Shown in pieces: positions 9,338-18,782 of a stretch of DNA of 62,670 nt; position 1 is the stretch's first letter; each line of letters begins with the position of its first letter. Origin of the DNA: Firmicutes bacterium UBA4996. GTDB lineage: Bacteria; Bacillota; Limnochordia; Darwinibacteriales; Darwinibacteriaceae. A program made the translations under genes and the position numbers. Below the pieces are notes generated by a model. That model was not told where the DNA came from, ran no database searches, and worked only from the letters and a program-made list of their open reading frames with translations. The stretch is from positions 118,747-181,416 of the forward strand of contig DGYW01000058.1 in NCBI GenBank assembly GCA_002396805.1, written 5' to 3'.

Positions 9338-10183
9338 TTGCCATTGGAGATTGGAATCATTCCGCATACGGGCAAGCCTGTGGCCATGGCTCTGACCACT
9401 GAATTAGAGACCTTTTTAGATAATCGGGGAGTAAATAGCCGAATTATCGAAGAACCCAACCATACCAACTTGGCAGAGTTTGATGTTGTGATTGTCTTAG
9501 GCGGAGATGGTACATTGCTCAATGCGGCACGCTTGACAAGCGAGGTGCAGGTACCTGTTTTTGGAGTTAACGTGGGCCATCTGGGTTTTTTGACTGAAGT
9601 GGAGACCGATGGTCTTTTTCCCGCTGTGGAAAGACTGCTATCTGGCAACTATCAGTTAGAACAACGGATGTTGATTGAAGCATCAGTTAAACGAAAAGGC
9701 GAAATCATTGGAACCTATTTGGCTTTGAATGATTTTGTAATTACAAGGGGTACCTTCGCCCGGATTATTGACTTAAGCATTTTCGTGGACAGTCAACATG
9801 TGACCGATTATGTTGCCGATGGAATAATTGTAGCTACGCCCACAGGTTCCACAGCCTATTCGCTCAGCGCGGGGGGGCCCATTATTGAGCCCCTTTTGGA
9901 GAGTATTTGTGTTACTCCCATTTGTGCCCATTCTCTTGCATCCCGTTCTGTTCTCGCTAGGCCCCAAGCACAAGTTTGTGTTCGCTTGAATAGTGCGAGC
10001 GAAGAAGTAATGCTCACCATCGATGGTCAACACGGTTTTCCTTTGCAGACGGGCGATCAGGTCGCCATCAAACGGGCGGTTCAACCTGCCCTCTTTGTGA
10101 AGTTAAGTGGACGAGGCTTTTTCCAAGTATTACACAGTAGGCTGAAAATGCCTCAAACCTGGGGTGGTATTCATGAAGAATAA
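9338..10183 (+). CDS. nadK: NAD kinase
   Basis: 281 aa. GGDGTLL and ATPTGSTAYSLSAGGPI motifs. TTG start. Confidence 0.9.
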   Translation: MPLEIGIIPHTGKPVAMALTTELETFLDNRGVNSRIIEEPNHTNLAEFDVVIVLGGDGTLLNAARLTSEVQVPVFGVNVGHLGFLTEVETDGLFPAVERLLSGNYQLEQRMLIEASVKRKGEIIGTYLALNDFVITRGTFARIIDLSIFVDSQHVTDYVADGIIVATPTGSTAYSLSAGGPIIEPLLESICVTPICAHSLASRSVLARPQAQVCVRLNSASEEVMLTIDGQHGFPLQTGDQVAIKRAVQPALFVKLSGRGFFQVLHSRLKMPQTWGGIHEE

Positions 10184-10655
10184 AAGGCAGAATAAAATTC
10201 TGGAGATAGTTGCTCAAAATAGTGTAGAAACCCAAGAGGAGCTCATGGGCTTCCTTCACGAAGCGGGGCATCGGGTGACACAGGCTACGGTTTCCCGAGA
10301 TATTAAGGAACTTCGTCTGGCGAAGATCCCGAACGGCCAAGGCGGTTATAAATATTCTGTGTCAACGAGCGTTACTAAAGGGGACTTGCTTCGTCGCGCC
10401 ACGAGAATCTTCGAGGACTACGTGCGGAGTGTTGATTTTAGTGGTTCTTTGATCATGATTAAAACCTATCCTGGAGGCGCTAACGCAGTAGCGGCCGTCA
10501 TTGATGAACTTGAGTGGCCAGAGATGATTGGTAGCATCGCAGGGGATGATTCTATTCTGATCTTAACCCGTTCTGATAACGAAGCTGAGCTAAGCGAGCC
10601 TACAGGACCTACAGGTGAAGTATACTCACGTATTCAGGAATTAATGGAAGGGTGA
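10173..10655 (+). CDS. argR: arginine repressor
   Basis: MKNKRQNKILEIV...QEELMGFL...VTQATVSRDIKEL winged helix plus a C-terminal GDDSILI oligomerisation/arginine-binding motif. ATG at 10173 follows GGGGTGG. Confidence 0.9.
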   Translation: MKNKRQNKILEIVAQNSVETQEELMGFLHEAGHRVTQATVSRDIKELRLAKIPNGQGGYKYSVSTSVTKGDLLRRATRIFEDYVRSVDFSGSLIMIKTYPGGANAVAAVIDELEWPEMIGSIAGDDSILILTRSDNEAELSEPTGPTGEVYSRIQELMEG

Positions 10656-10659
10656 GCCT

Positions 10660-12360
10660 GTGCTAAAGGAACTTCAGATCCGTAATTTCGCCTTAATCGA
10701 AGCGTTAGAATTATCTTTTTATTCTGGATTCAGTGTTCTCACTGGTGAGACGGGCGCTGGCAAGTCTATTATTATTGATGCGCTAGGTCTGCTCTTAGGC
10801 GCGCGGGCCTCCGTGGAGATGATTCGTACAGGGGCCGAAACTACCGAGGTGGCCGGAAGTTTCGCATTAGTTCCCTCAGCTCAAGTTCTTCTTGAATCTT
10901 GGGGAATGCTAGATGGTGGTGAGCTGATTATCTCAAGAGAGCTCAATTTGAACGGACGCAATAAGTGTTGGATTAATGGGCGTTTGGCAACCGTAAGCCA
11001 GCTTGCTGAGCTTGGTGTGCATCTCGTTGATATCATTGGTCAACACGATAGCCAGACTTTGCTGGATCCCCAACAACACAGCAGCCTATTAGATGCTTAT
11101 GGGGGCGCGGAGCATTTGGCCTTATTGGCTGATGTTGCAGGTTTAGCCTCAAAGTGGTCCTCTTTGCAGGCAGAGCAGAAGCGTCTACAGCGGGATGAAC
11201 GAGAACGCAATCGACGTATCGATCTACTGACTTTCCAGATTGAAGAGATTGCCAACGCCCACTTGCAGCCTGGAGAGGACGAAGCTCTAGAAGTGGAACG
11301 TTCTCGGTTAGCTAATTTGGATCGTATTCGTCAAAGCCTACATTTTGTCCTTATGACCCTAGGAGAAACCTTTGAAGAGCAGGAATCTTTGTTAAGGCGC
11401 TTAGCTCTGACAGAGGCAGAATTGGAACGGGCCACAGCCCTAGATTCTACCTTGCAACCACTTACGGAGCGTTATACAGAAATTGCCCTTAATTTCAACG
11501 ATCTCCATGGCGAATTGCGTGATTACCTTGAAGCACTTCCGGCGGATCCAGAATTGCTCCAAGAGATAGAAGAACGCCTTGAACTAATCAATAATTTGCA
11601 GCGTAAATATGGTGCTACTGTTGGTGAAATTCTCCAGTACCAAGAGGACGCCCGAAGAGAACTTGAAGATCTAGAAAATGCCGTAGTGCGTGTTGGTGGC
11701 CTAGAAAAAGAGAGCGACGAAATCAAGGAACATTGGTTGCAACAGGCTCAAAGACTTAGTGCATCAAGGATGGCATTGGCCCAGGACTTAGAGGAACAGA
11801 TTGAAGCCCAATTGGCAGATCTATCCATGGGAAACACCAAATTTAGGGTCCGATTTGATGAACGCTCTCCTAAGTTGCCCAATCCAAATGGCCTGGAAGA
11901 GCTGGAGTTCATGATGGCTCCAAACTTGGGCGAGGAGCTAAAGCCTTTAGCCAAGATCGCCTCAGGAGGCGAACTTTCTCGGGTCATGTTAGCCATCAAG
12001 GCTATCTTAGTAGAAACCGAACAGGTTCCCACGATCATTTTTGACGAAATTGACGCGGGGATTGGCGGACGCACAGCCGTTAATTTAGGGGAAAAGCTCT
12101 TTTCCCTTAGTGGCGTTCGCCAAGTTCTTTGTGTGACTCACCTACCCGTAATTGCTAGCTATGGGACCAACCATTATTCTGTTCGCAAGTCAACTGGAAC
12201 TGAGCGTACCACTGTGACCGTGACTAAACTGGAACCCCAGGATCGGATCGAAGAGCTCACGCGTATGCTAGGAGGCACTAGGGATGAAGCGGTAACTCTG
12301 GAGCATGCTAAAGAGTTACTCAGAAAGAGCAGACCAGACTTGCCCCACTCTGGTATGTAG
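10660..12360 (+). CDS. recN: DNA repair protein RecN
   Basis: 566 aa. Walker A GETGAGKS, long coiled coil, SGGELSR signature and FDEIDAGIGG. Confidence 0.95.
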   Translation: MLKELQIRNFALIEALELSFYSGFSVLTGETGAGKSIIIDALGLLLGARASVEMIRTGAETTEVAGSFALVPSAQVLLESWGMLDGGELIISRELNLNGRNKCWINGRLATVSQLAELGVHLVDIIGQHDSQTLLDPQQHSSLLDAYGGAEHLALLADVAGLASKWSSLQAEQKRLQRDERERNRRIDLLTFQIEEIANAHLQPGEDEALEVERSRLANLDRIRQSLHFVLMTLGETFEEQESLLRRLALTEAELERATALDSTLQPLTERYTEIALNFNDLHGELRDYLEALPADPELLQEIEERLELINNLQRKYGATVGEILQYQEDARRELEDLENAVVRVGGLEKESDEIKEHWLQQAQRLSASRMALAQDLEEQIEAQLADLSMGNTKFRVRFDERSPKLPNPNGLEELEFMMAPNLGEELKPLAKIASGGELSRVMLAIKAILVETEQVPTIIFDEIDAGIGGRTAVNLGEKLFSLSGVRQVLCVTHLPVIASYGTNHYSVRKSTGTERTTVTVTKLEPQDRIEELTRMLGGTRDEAVTLEHAKELLRKSRPDLPHSGM

Positions 12361-12368
12361 TTCCTACA

Positions 12369-12425
12369 ATATCTACCCCCAGAGCAGGGTAACCTACACC
12401 CATAAGGTAGTGAGGGGGTAGGTGG
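12369..12425 (+). promoter_or_regulatory. stem-loop occluding the spoIVB Shine-Dalgarno region
   Basis: CTACCCCC (12373-12380) pairs perfectly with GGGGGTAG (12414-12421), extendable by t72-g22 and a71-t23. The 3' arm is the GAGGGGGTAGGTGG RBS, 4 nt before GTG 12430. No T-run follows. Confidence 0.35.
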
Positions 12426-12429
12426 CTTT

Positions 12430-13869
12430 GTGAGGAAAATCTTGCTCCGTTTGGGGCTCGTAGTTGTTCTCGTTTTGGTTCTCATCCTAGCCGCGGCACC
12501 GTATTGGGTAACAGCAGTTGGTGTTCCTCGGCAATTAAAGGTCTTTCCCGGTATGGAATTGGTCTTGAATTTGCAGCCGCCCTTGCGACTATACGATGGT
12601 GAAGGTCTAGAAATCACGGGATTAATCAATACAGAACAACTAGGTACCAGCACTTATCGGGTAAATCTTTTTGGGTGGTTACCCCTAACTGAAGTTGTCG
12701 TTGACGTAGTACCGCTAATTCAGGTTTATCCCGGGGGGCAATCCATTGGTGTTTTGCTCAGTGCTGATGGACTATTGATTAACCAAGTTGGTGGGGTTGT
12801 GGGCATGGACGGTATCGAGCATTTTCCCGCTAAAGAGGCAGGCATCCAACCTGGTGATATTCTAATCTCCATTGAGGGTCATAGTCTGAGGCGTCCAGAA
12901 CAGGTCAGCCAGCTGGTCAATGCTTTAGCCGAGGAGAAGAACATTCTAACAGTGGTGGTGCGTCGTCAAAATCGCACCTTAACGTGTGACGTTAGACCCG
13001 TGAAAACCCGACGCCTAGATGTCCTAGGGAGAAATACCATTGGTTACTACCTTGGTATTTATGTAGAAAATCCAGCGGCAGGCGTAGGGACAATGAGTTT
13101 TTATCATGCGGAAACGGGGCGTTTTGGGGCGCTAGGGCATACCATTACAGATAGCTTAGGTAGACCTATTCGCATTGTTTCCGGAAGCATTGTGGAGGCT
13201 TCTATCGATAGCATTCGGGTGGGCAGTAAGGGTTCACCAGGGGAAAAAGTAGGCTTCTTCCACGGGGAGCAAGATGTCTTAGGAAGTATTGACTCGAATT
13301 CTAATTTTGGTATCTTCGGTCAGTTAAAGAGTTCATTTCAACATCCGGCCTTTACCCAACCGGTTCCGGTGGCCTTTGCGCACCAAGTAAGGGAAGGACC
13401 GGCAGAGATTTATACGGTGCTAAGGGGCAATCGTGTTGAACGTTTCACCGTTGAGATCATTAAAGTGAGTAATCAAGCTAAACCTAGTGACAAAGGAATG
13501 GTTGTTCAGGTAACGGATGAACGTCTTTTGCGGGAGACTGGAGGAATAATTCAGGGCATGTCTGGTAGCCCAATTTTACAGAATGGAATGTTAGTTGGGG
13601 CAATTACGCATGTTTTCGTAAATGATCCCACTCGCGGTTACGGAAGCTTTGCAGAATGGATGGTTTACGAGGCAGGCTTGACCACAGAACTTCCTGCGAA
13701 ACAATCGGTTTCGCAGGAAGGTTTTTTTTTACATATAGAGAAGAACCCTAGTAAAAGCAAAGACAAGGCATATCTTATAATAAGAGATTTAATAGGGAGA
13801 GTGTGGAATGGAGTCAAAGACACTTGTATTAGGAGTAATTGGGTCAGATGTTCACGCCGTTGGAAATAA
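12430..13869 (+). CDS. spoIVB: SpoIVB peptidase (S55); the 3' end as called is suspect
   Basis: N-terminal TM, PDZ ([13 protein letters not shown]), catalytic [20 protein letters not shown]. The last ~49 codons run through a terminator hairpin and T9 tract and overlap glmS. Confidence 0.9.
   Translation: MRKILLRLGLVVVLVLVLILAAAPYWVTAVGVPRQLKVFPGMELVLNLQPPLRLYDGEGLEITGLINTEQLGTSTYRVNLFGWLPLTEVVVDVVPLIQVYPGGQSIGVLLSADGLLINQVGGVVGMDGIEHFPAKEAGIQPGDILISIEGHSLRRPEQVSQLVNALAEEKNILTVVVRRQNRTLTCDVRPVKTRRLDVLGRNTIGYYLGIYVENPAAGVGTMSFYHAETGRFGALGHTITDSLGRPIRIVSGSIVEASIDSIRVGSKGSPGEKVGFFHGEQDVLGSIDSNSNFGIFGQLKSSFQHPAFTQPVPVAFAHQVREGPAEIYTVLRGNRVERFTVEIIKVSNQAKPSDKGMVVQVTDERLLRETGGIIQGMSGSPILQNGMLVGAITHVFVNDPTRGYGSFAEWMVYEAGLTTELPAKQSVSQEGFFLHIEKNPSKSKDKAYLIIRDLIGRVWNGVKDTCIRSNWVRCSRRWK
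13690..13730 (+). terminator. intrinsic terminator inside the called 3' end of spoIVB
   Basis: Perfect 13-bp stem CTTCCTGCGAAAC / GTTTCGCAGGAAG (13690-13702 / 13708-13720), 5-nt loop, 1 nt, then T9 (13722-13730). Confidence 0.8.
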
Positions 13870-14218
13870 AATTTTGGAGGTTTCCTTTCAACAAGCCGGG
13901 TTTGACGTGGTTAATTTAGGTGTCTTGGTCTCCCAAAAAGAATTTGTGGAGGCTGCTGTAGAGACAAACGCGGATGCAATCATGGTTTCATCACTGTATG
14001 GCCATGGCGAAATCGATGTCCGTGGACTACGAGAGGCGTTGATTGAGGCTGGTATTGGGGACATTCTGATGTATATCGGTGGCTATCTAGTTGTAGGGAG
14101 CCAGGACTGGGCCGATGTTGAGAACAAGTTTAAACAATTGGGCTTTGATCGGGTCTATCCACCCAGCACTTTACCTGAAGATGTTATTCCCACACTGAAG
14201 GCCGACCTAGGCATATGA
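13808..14218 (+). CDS. glmS: glutamate (methylaspartate) mutase sigma subunit, B12-binding
   Basis: 136 aa. [18 protein letters not shown] (DxHxxG cobalamin ligand motif), near-colinear with my recollection of clostridial MutS/GlmS. Confidence 0.92.
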   Translation: MESKTLVLGVIGSDVHAVGNKILEVSFQQAGFDVVNLGVLVSQKEFVEAAVETNADAIMVSSLYGHGEIDVRGLREALIEAGIGDILMYIGGYLVVGSQDWADVENKFKQLGFDRVYPPSTLPEDVIPTLKADLGI

Positions 14219-14231
14219 TGGAGGTCTACGG

Positions 14232-15626
14232 ATGTCAGAAATAATTCTGGTTGATATTGGAAGCACCTTTACCAAAGTTACGGCGGTAGACTTGACCGCC
14301 GCACACCTTATCGCCCAAGCAAATGCCCCAACCACGCCGGATGATGTGAGCATTGGCTTACAAAATGCCTTGGACAACTTGGGGATATCTCAACAAGTGA
14401 TGGCCCGAGCTCGTAAGCTTGCTTGTTCGAGTGCGGCGGGCGGGTTAAGGATGGTGGCAATCGGACTTGTCCAAGATTTGACCGCTGAGGCAGCTAAACA
14501 AGCGGCATTAGGTGCTGGGGCCAGGGTTCTGAAGACATATTCTTTTCAGCTCACAGAGTCTGATTTAGAAGAGATTATCCAGCTTCAACCAGATATTATT
14601 CTTTTGGCTGGAGGTACTGATGGTGGTAATACTGCTAACATCTTGCACAATGCTCAGGCCTTAGCGACTTTGCCCCAGGGAATACCTGTAGTTATCGCCG
14701 GAAATCGTTCGGTTGGACCTGAGGTAGCTCGTTGTTTTCCTGAACGTTTTAGTACTTATGTAGCTCCTAATGTGATGCCCCAAATTGGTAAATTAGAGGT
14801 TGAGCCTGCTCGGGAAGTAATTCGGAAAGTCTTCATGGAAAAGATAATTTATGCCAAGGGTTTAGACAAGGCTGGACGTTTAATTGAGGGGATCTTTATG
14901 CCTACTCCCGCGGCTGTTTTGCGGTCTGGCAGGCTTCTGAGTAGCGGTACCGCACTTACCAAGGGGTGGGGAGATCTCCTCATTGTGGATGTGGGTGGTG
15001 CTACCACCGATGTCCATTCTTTAGGGACCGGATCCCCTAGTAAAGCGGGTGTGGTCCAGAGGGGACTGCCAGAACCTTTCGCCAAACGAACTGTAGAGGG
15101 AGATTTGGGCATGAGGGTTAGTGTTTTATCTCTCCTCGATGCGATTAACCCAGCGGTCTTGGCTCGCGACTTGAATTGGAATCAAGAAAGAGTGGAGCAG
15201 AGGGCGAAGAAATTGTCTGCACAACCCGAATTGCTACCACAAAATCCGGAGGAAATTGCCTTTGATCAAACCTTAGGGTACCAGGCAGTAAAACTCGCAG
15301 TGGGCAGGCATGTAGGGAGACTCTCTGAATTATATACTCCGTCGGGGTTAGTTTGGATGCAAGATGGCAAGGATCTCTCATTAGTGAATAGGGTGATTGG
15401 GACCGGTGGAGTTATGGTAAATAGCGGAAACGCCCACTTTATGCTCAAAGGGGCAGAACATCAGCTAGAAGCCCCTTTGGAATTGCGTCCCGAAAAGCCT
15501 CATTATTTCTTGGATGGAAAGTATATTTTAGCACCTATGGGGCTGTTGGCTGAAGATTATCCAGAAGTGGCCCTGAAAATTCTCAAAGATTCATTAAACG
15601 ATCATGAGCTCGCAAGGAGGGACTAG
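14232..15626 (+). CDS. glmL: glutamate mutase accessory/reactivating protein GlmL (MutL)
   Basis: 464 aa. MSEIILVDIGSTFTKVTAVD ASKHA-type N-terminus. Located between the S and E subunits as in Clostridium. Confidence 0.85.
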   Translation: MSEIILVDIGSTFTKVTAVDLTAAHLIAQANAPTTPDDVSIGLQNALDNLGISQQVMARARKLACSSAAGGLRMVAIGLVQDLTAEAAKQAALGAGARVLKTYSFQLTESDLEEIIQLQPDIILLAGGTDGGNTANILHNAQALATLPQGIPVVIAGNRSVGPEVARCFPERFSTYVAPNVMPQIGKLEVEPAREVIRKVFMEKIIYAKGLDKAGRLIEGIFMPTPAAVLRSGRLLSSGTALTKGWGDLLIVDVGGATTDVHSLGTGSPSKAGVVQRGLPEPFAKRTVEGDLGMRVSVLSLLDAINPAVLARDLNWNQERVEQRAKKLSAQPELLPQNPEEIAFDQTLGYQAVKLAVGRHVGRLSELYTPSGLVWMQDGKDLSLVNRVIGTGGVMVNSGNAHFMLKGAEHQLEAPLELRPEKPHYFLDGKYILAPMGLLAEDYPEVALKILKDSLNDHELARRD

Positions 15627-15629
15627 TAG

Positions 15630-17087
15630 TTGGTGGCGCAAATTACACATGGTAAGTTGGATTGGTACGATCTTAAACAAGAACGGGAAGAAGTATTGGC
15701 TGGTTGGGTTACTGGTCAAGAGGTAGACTTGGAGGATGCGGTTCGCTTTCACCTGGCTCTACCCTCCCATCTCAATTTTGGTGTACGTATGGCCCAGGCC
15801 AAAGAAGAAGGAAAGACTCTCGCTCAGCCCCGGGCAGGGGTGGCTGATTTAACTAGCCATATTGGTTTACTAAAGTTCTTGCAGGATGAAGGTGGCGCAG
15901 ATCTTTTACCGACCACGATCGATTCTTACACCAGACAGAATCGTTATGAAGAAGCGGAAAGAGGTTTGGAAGAAAGTGTCCGTGAAGGTCGTTCACTCTT
16001 GAATGGCTTTCCCGCCGTAAATCACGGTGTGGCCAATTGTCGCCGCCTTGTAGAAAGCTTGTCTGTACCAGTGCAAGTGCGCCATGGCACCCCAGATGCT
16101 CGTTTACTGGCAGAAATAACCTTAGCAGCTGGTTTTACCGCTTATGAGGGAGGCGGTATTTCTTATAACATTCCCTACGCTAAGCGCGTGCCCTTAGAAA
16201 AAAGTATTCGCGATTGGCAATACGTGGATCGACTCACAGGCTTTTATGAGGAGCAAGGCGTTACCATTAACCGTGAACCTTTTGGACCTCTAACTGGAAC
16301 CCTAGTGGCACCTAGTGTCTCCCATAGTGTGGCCATCATCGAAGCCATTCTAGCGGCTAAGCAAGGGGTGAAGAGTCTGACTTTGGGTTACGGACAATGC
16401 GGAAATCTCATGCAGGACGTGGCCGCACTTCAGACATTAACCATACTTGCAGAAGAATACTTAGAAGCAGAAGGTTTAACAGATGTGGAAATCACCACCG
16501 TATTTCACCAGTGGATGGGAGGATTTCCCAATGATGAGGCTCGGGCCTTTGGAGTGATCTCCCTTGGGGGCGCTGCGGCAGCTCTGGGCAAGGCTACTAA
16601 AGTGATCGTAAAAACCCCACATGAAGCCTTAGGCGTTCCTACTAAGGAGGCAAACGCTCAAGGTATTCGCGCCACGAAGCAAGTCCTAAGTATGCTCCAG
16701 GATCAAATGTATCCAGAAAACGATAAACTGGCTTTCGAGCGGGAGATCATTATTCAAGAGACTCGTGAGATTCTCAACAAGACCCGTGAATTGGGTGAAG
16801 GTGATTGGGCAGTAGGTACTGTGCGCTCCTTCGCCGCCGGAGTTATTGACATACCATTTGCGCCTAGCTCGTTTAACGCGGGAAGAACCATGCCTGCTCG
16901 GGATAATGACGGTGCAATACGCTTTTTATCTTGGGGTAATTTGCCCTTCAGCAAGGACATTCAGGATTTCCATCGCTCGAAACTGGCAGAGCGGGGCAAA
17001 GCGGAGCAACGAACCCCCAGTTTCCAAATGGTTATTGACGATGTTTATGCCATTGGTCAAGGTAAGTTAATAGGAAGACCTCGTTAG
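15630..17087 (+). CDS. glmE: glutamate (methylaspartate) mutase epsilon subunit
   Basis: 485 aa. AQPRAGV...[18 protein letters not shown]...[12 protein letters not shown]...FHQWMGGFP...VIVKTPHEA, colinear with my recollection of clostridial MutE. Confidence 0.95.
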   Translation: MVAQITHGKLDWYDLKQEREEVLAGWVTGQEVDLEDAVRFHLALPSHLNFGVRMAQAKEEGKTLAQPRAGVADLTSHIGLLKFLQDEGGADLLPTTIDSYTRQNRYEEAERGLEESVREGRSLLNGFPAVNHGVANCRRLVESLSVPVQVRHGTPDARLLAEITLAAGFTAYEGGGISYNIPYAKRVPLEKSIRDWQYVDRLTGFYEEQGVTINREPFGPLTGTLVAPSVSHSVAIIEAILAAKQGVKSLTLGYGQCGNLMQDVAALQTLTILAEEYLEAEGLTDVEITTVFHQWMGGFPNDEARAFGVISLGGAAAALGKATKVIVKTPHEALGVPTKEANAQGIRATKQVLSMLQDQMYPENDKLAFEREIIIQETREILNKTRELGEGDWAVGTVRSFAAGVIDIPFAPSSFNAGRTMPARDNDGAIRFLSWGNLPFSKDIQDFHRSKLAERGKAEQRTPSFQMVIDDVYAIGQGKLIGRPR

Positions 17088-17104
17088 AGAACTCTCGCTA
17101 GGAG

Positions 17105-18469
17105 ATGATTGAATTGGATGAACTAAGAATTTTGTCCCCCACGGCGATTCTAGGCTATGGTTTTCCCTTAGCCTCTTTTCAGGCCGGATTAGAGCGTAGT
17201 CCACATGTTATTGCGGTTGATGCAGGTTCAACAGACCCAGGTCCTTATTATCTAGGTTCTGGCCAGTCGTTTACCCAACGTTCTGCAGTCAAGCGTGACT
17301 TACGTCACTTAATTGAAGCGGCTCTCACGCGCAATATTCCGCTAGTCATTGGGTCTGCTGGTGGTTCTGGTGCAAAGCCCCATGTGGAGTGGAATTTAGC
17401 CATTGTAGAAGAGGTGTTGGCAGAACTCGGCAAGACTGCCCGATTAGCGGTTATTTATAGTGACATAGATCGTCAATTGGTCGCGGAAAAGCTCAAGAAA
17501 GACCAGGTCCAGCCCCTGGGTCCTATTGCGCAATTGACAGAGGAAGAAATCTTTGCCAGTACGAACCTAGTAGCTCAAATGGGTCTAGAGCCCATCATGG
17601 AGGCACTCCAAGAAGGCGCAGAGATTATTCTGGCGGGTAGGGCCTATGATCCCACTGCTTTTGCGGCGTTGCCAGTCCTTAAGGGCTATGATCTTGCCCT
17701 AGCTTTGCATCTTGGGAAAATACTGGAGTGTGCAGCTATTGCCGCTAATCCAGGCAGCGGTAGTGATTGCTTAATGGGTTACCTTTATAAGGATTCCTTT
17801 GTGTTAGAAGCTCTCAATCCACAGCGGGAGTGCACGAGGATCTCGATTGCCGCCCATACTCTTTATGAAAAGAGTAATCCTTACTTTTTGCCTGGTCCAG
17901 GAGGACGTTTAGATCTAACTAAGACTGTGTTCGAACAGTTGCCAGGAGGCAAGGTTAGGGTTTCGGGAACTACCTTTACACCTACAGATGGTTATTTTGT
18001 CAAACTGGAAGGGGCACGCCTCATCGGATATCGGACTATCAGTATTGCTGGTGTGCGCGATCCTATCATGATTGGACAGATAGACGAGGTAATCGCAGGT
18101 GTTAAGGAACGGGTCGAGGATAATTTTCAAGAACTCCAAGACTATCAGTTACATGTGCACTGTTACGGTAAGAACGGCGTGATGGGGGCTTTAGAACCTC
18201 ATCCTGAACCGGGACATGAGTTGGGGTTAGTAATTGAGGCAGTGGCAAGCACTCAGGAAGTAGCGGATACTATTTGCAGCTTTGCCCGCTCCACACTCTT
18301 ACACTATGGTTATCCAGGCAGGAAATCTACGGCAGGTAACTTAGCTTTTCCCTACTCACCTTCTGACGTTTCAGCGGGAGCAGTTTACAAGTTTAATGTG
18401 CACCACTTGATGCAAATAGAAGATCCGAAGAGCCTATTTCCAATTAAGATGGGGAGGAGTGGTCTATGA
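17105..18469 (+). CDS. uncharacterised protein, DUF1446 (AtuA N-terminal domain)-like
   Basis: 454 aa. Assignment rests mainly on the overlapping downstream DUF4387-like partner (the AtuA domain order split into two genes). No direct catalytic motif recognised. Confidence 0.5.
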   Translation: MIELDELRILSPTAILGYGFPLASFQAGLERSPHVIAVDAGSTDPGPYYLGSGQSFTQRSAVKRDLRHLIEAALTRNIPLVIGSAGGSGAKPHVEWNLAIVEEVLAELGKTARLAVIYSDIDRQLVAEKLKKDQVQPLGPIAQLTEEEIFASTNLVAQMGLEPIMEALQEGAEIILAGRAYDPTAFAALPVLKGYDLALALHLGKILECAAIAANPGSGSDCLMGYLYKDSFVLEALNPQRECTRISIAAHTLYEKSNPYFLPGPGGRLDLTKTVFEQLPGGKVRVSGTTFTPTDGYFVKLEGARLIGYRTISIAGVRDPIMIGQIDEVIAGVKERVEDNFQELQDYQLHVHCYGKNGVMGALEPHPEPGHELGLVIEAVASTQEVADTICSFARSTLLHYGYPGRKSTAGNLAFPYSPSDVSAGAVYKFNVHHLMQIEDPKSLFPIKMGRSGL

Positions 18470-18768
18470 GATACGTCAAGGATGTTGCTTTGGTGATTCG
18501 AAGTAAAAACGCGGGCCCTTATGAACTAACATTTGACCTCATGTTTCCTGATGAAGAAAGCTACGATGAAGTGCGACAAAGTATTACCAAAGCGAAGATT
18601 GCCCAGTTATACCAGATTGAGGAGAGTGAGGTGCTCTCTCTAGTGCACTTTGCTCCGGCCCATGCCATCAAGATTACTATTGTGCGCCCTCGGGCTTCAG
18701 GTGACCTTGGGGAAACGGATGTTTATGGTGCACAGCAACACGCACCCCTTTTTGACCTAACTTATTAA
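18466..18768 (+). CDS. uncharacterised small protein, DUF4387 (AtuA C-terminal ferredoxin-like domain)-like
   Basis: 100 aa. IRSKNAGPYELTFDLMF and DVYGAQQH motifs as I recall them for this family. 4-nt overlap with the upstream gene. Confidence 0.55.
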   Translation: MRYVKDVALVIRSKNAGPYELTFDLMFPDEESYDEVRQSITKAKIAQLYQIEESEVLSLVHFAPAHAIKITIVRPRASGDLGETDVYGAQQHAPLFDLTY

Positions 18769-18782
18769 AGGAGTGGTGGAAA

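Noticed and set aside
12174-12653. 159-aa minus-strand ORF bridging the recN end and the spoIVB start.
   Set aside because: It is antisense to two well-supported genes and has an R/S/P-rich composition.
13731-13807. Possible cobalamin riboswitch ahead of the B12-dependent glutamate mutase genes.
   Set aside because: Only ~77 nt lie between the terminator and the glmS ATG, which is far too short. No B12-box-like sequence is seen.
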